A DNA stretch of 64,000 bases, from the IMG/VR virus record IMGVR_UViG_3300030004_000009, positions 32,001 through 96,000 of that record; one strand, written 5' to 3'. The notes below the pieces were generated by a model. That model was given only the letters and a program-made list of their open reading frames with translations, had not been told where the DNA came from and did no database searches. The position numbers were made by a program, and so were the translations under genes. Position 1 is the first letter of the stretch. The number at the start of each line of letters is the position of its first letter. Positions 63,098-64,000 of the stretch are shown in pieces. The stretch comes from a virus.

Positions 63098-64000
63098 TAA
63101 TTATTTGATCAAATGTGCATAAGCCGTATCGATCTCCAAATATCTCTATAAAACTTGTATATTCACTATCTGTTAATTCTATTACTTCTATACCTTCCAT
63201 AATATCACTATAGGATTCAAATGAAAGAAACTCATTATCAATACTTACTTCAATATAGAACTCATCATCTACGAAAGCTTGTTCTAACTCGTCGAGGGCT
63301 ATCTCATAGTCCTCTTTTGTCATTATAACAAAACCATCATAATGACAATGAAAATCATAACTTGTTTTTATTAATAAATTACTCATAACGTCTCCTTAAT
63401 ATAGCTTGAATGTTTGGTTCAAGCTGTTTCTTAACTAATAATTCATCTCTTATTATAGCAGTCTCTTTTTCAGTTATGACAAAGTTACCAGTTGCACTAA
63501 TATCTATTCTACCACCTTCTTTAAGAACTACTAATATGTATTCTTCCATTTTATAAATAGTTTAAAGGATTAAAACCGGTTTCAAGTTTAAAGTAATCAA
63601 ATACTTTAATAGCACTTTCATTACTAGTTATAGGTTGAAAATCTTTAGCACCTAATTTTACAATAAGTCCAGCATATTTAGGTAAATATTTACTTAAAGG
63701 AACTGTTTTACCCATTACTTTTTTAAGTTCTTCATTGTCAGCTATAAATAAACCTTCAAGTCTTATCTTATCTTCATAAGACCATTTATATCTATAGATA
63801 CTTCTCATCGATCAGATACAATTGGTGTATTGTAAATATAACCTTCACCTCTATAAAGCTCATAGGCTACTTGTGTATCATTAGCTACTTTAGCATCATT
63901 TTCACTTACCTTTGACTCCTTACTTAAAGCAAACTTAACTTCTTGAGTTTCACTATCACGCCATATAACTAATTGTTCTTCATTAAGACAAGCTATAATA

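Noticed and set aside
1-64000. Stop-codon reassignment (TAG or TGA), known in some crAss-like phages
   Set aside because: The giant ORFs are open in the standard code, and TAG and TGA both end genes next to downstream starts. The apparent breaks are explained by introns or a frameshift; reading through the TAG at 32403 meets further stops.
26585-64000. tRNA genes accompanying HisRS, YqeY and the RNA repair genes
   Set aside because: No cloverleaf with a T-loop found by eye, and the gaps I checked are filled by small ORFs; tRNAscan-SE or ARAGORN would settle it.

Overview
AT-rich phage DNA in the standard genetic code, with the architecture of a crAss-like (Crassvirales-type) phage. TAnnTTTG/TTTG promoters point to a Bacteroidota host. 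The + strand block (1-26.5 kb) encodes four giant, probably virion-packaged proteins: (1) an SF1 helicase-domain protein; (2) a ~3,600-aa single-chain virion RNA polymerase whose catalytic GAD/FDID loop is split by an ORF-less group I intron and which carries ART-PolyVal-like and NADAR-like inserts; (3) a protein with two zincin motifs; (4) a PD-(D/E)xK nuclease protein with a C-terminal membrane helix. At all three junctions a C-terminal Cys faces a Cys at residue 3-5 of the next protein, suggesting a head-to-tail linked ejection chain. The convergent - strand block (26.6-64 kb) encodes two muramidases and many nucleotide/tRNA/phosphate enzymes: a minimal HisRS-like protein, YqeY, NMNAT, CYTH, ATP-grasp, nucleotidyltransferases, three metallophosphoesterases and Pnk plus RNA ligase. 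It also carries a DNA ligase split by an HNH-containing group I intron, a thyX broken in two by an intron-less GIY-YIG gene, PhoH, dUTPase and a class II RNR with a LAGLIDADG intein. All assignments come from motif recognition by eye; no searches were run.
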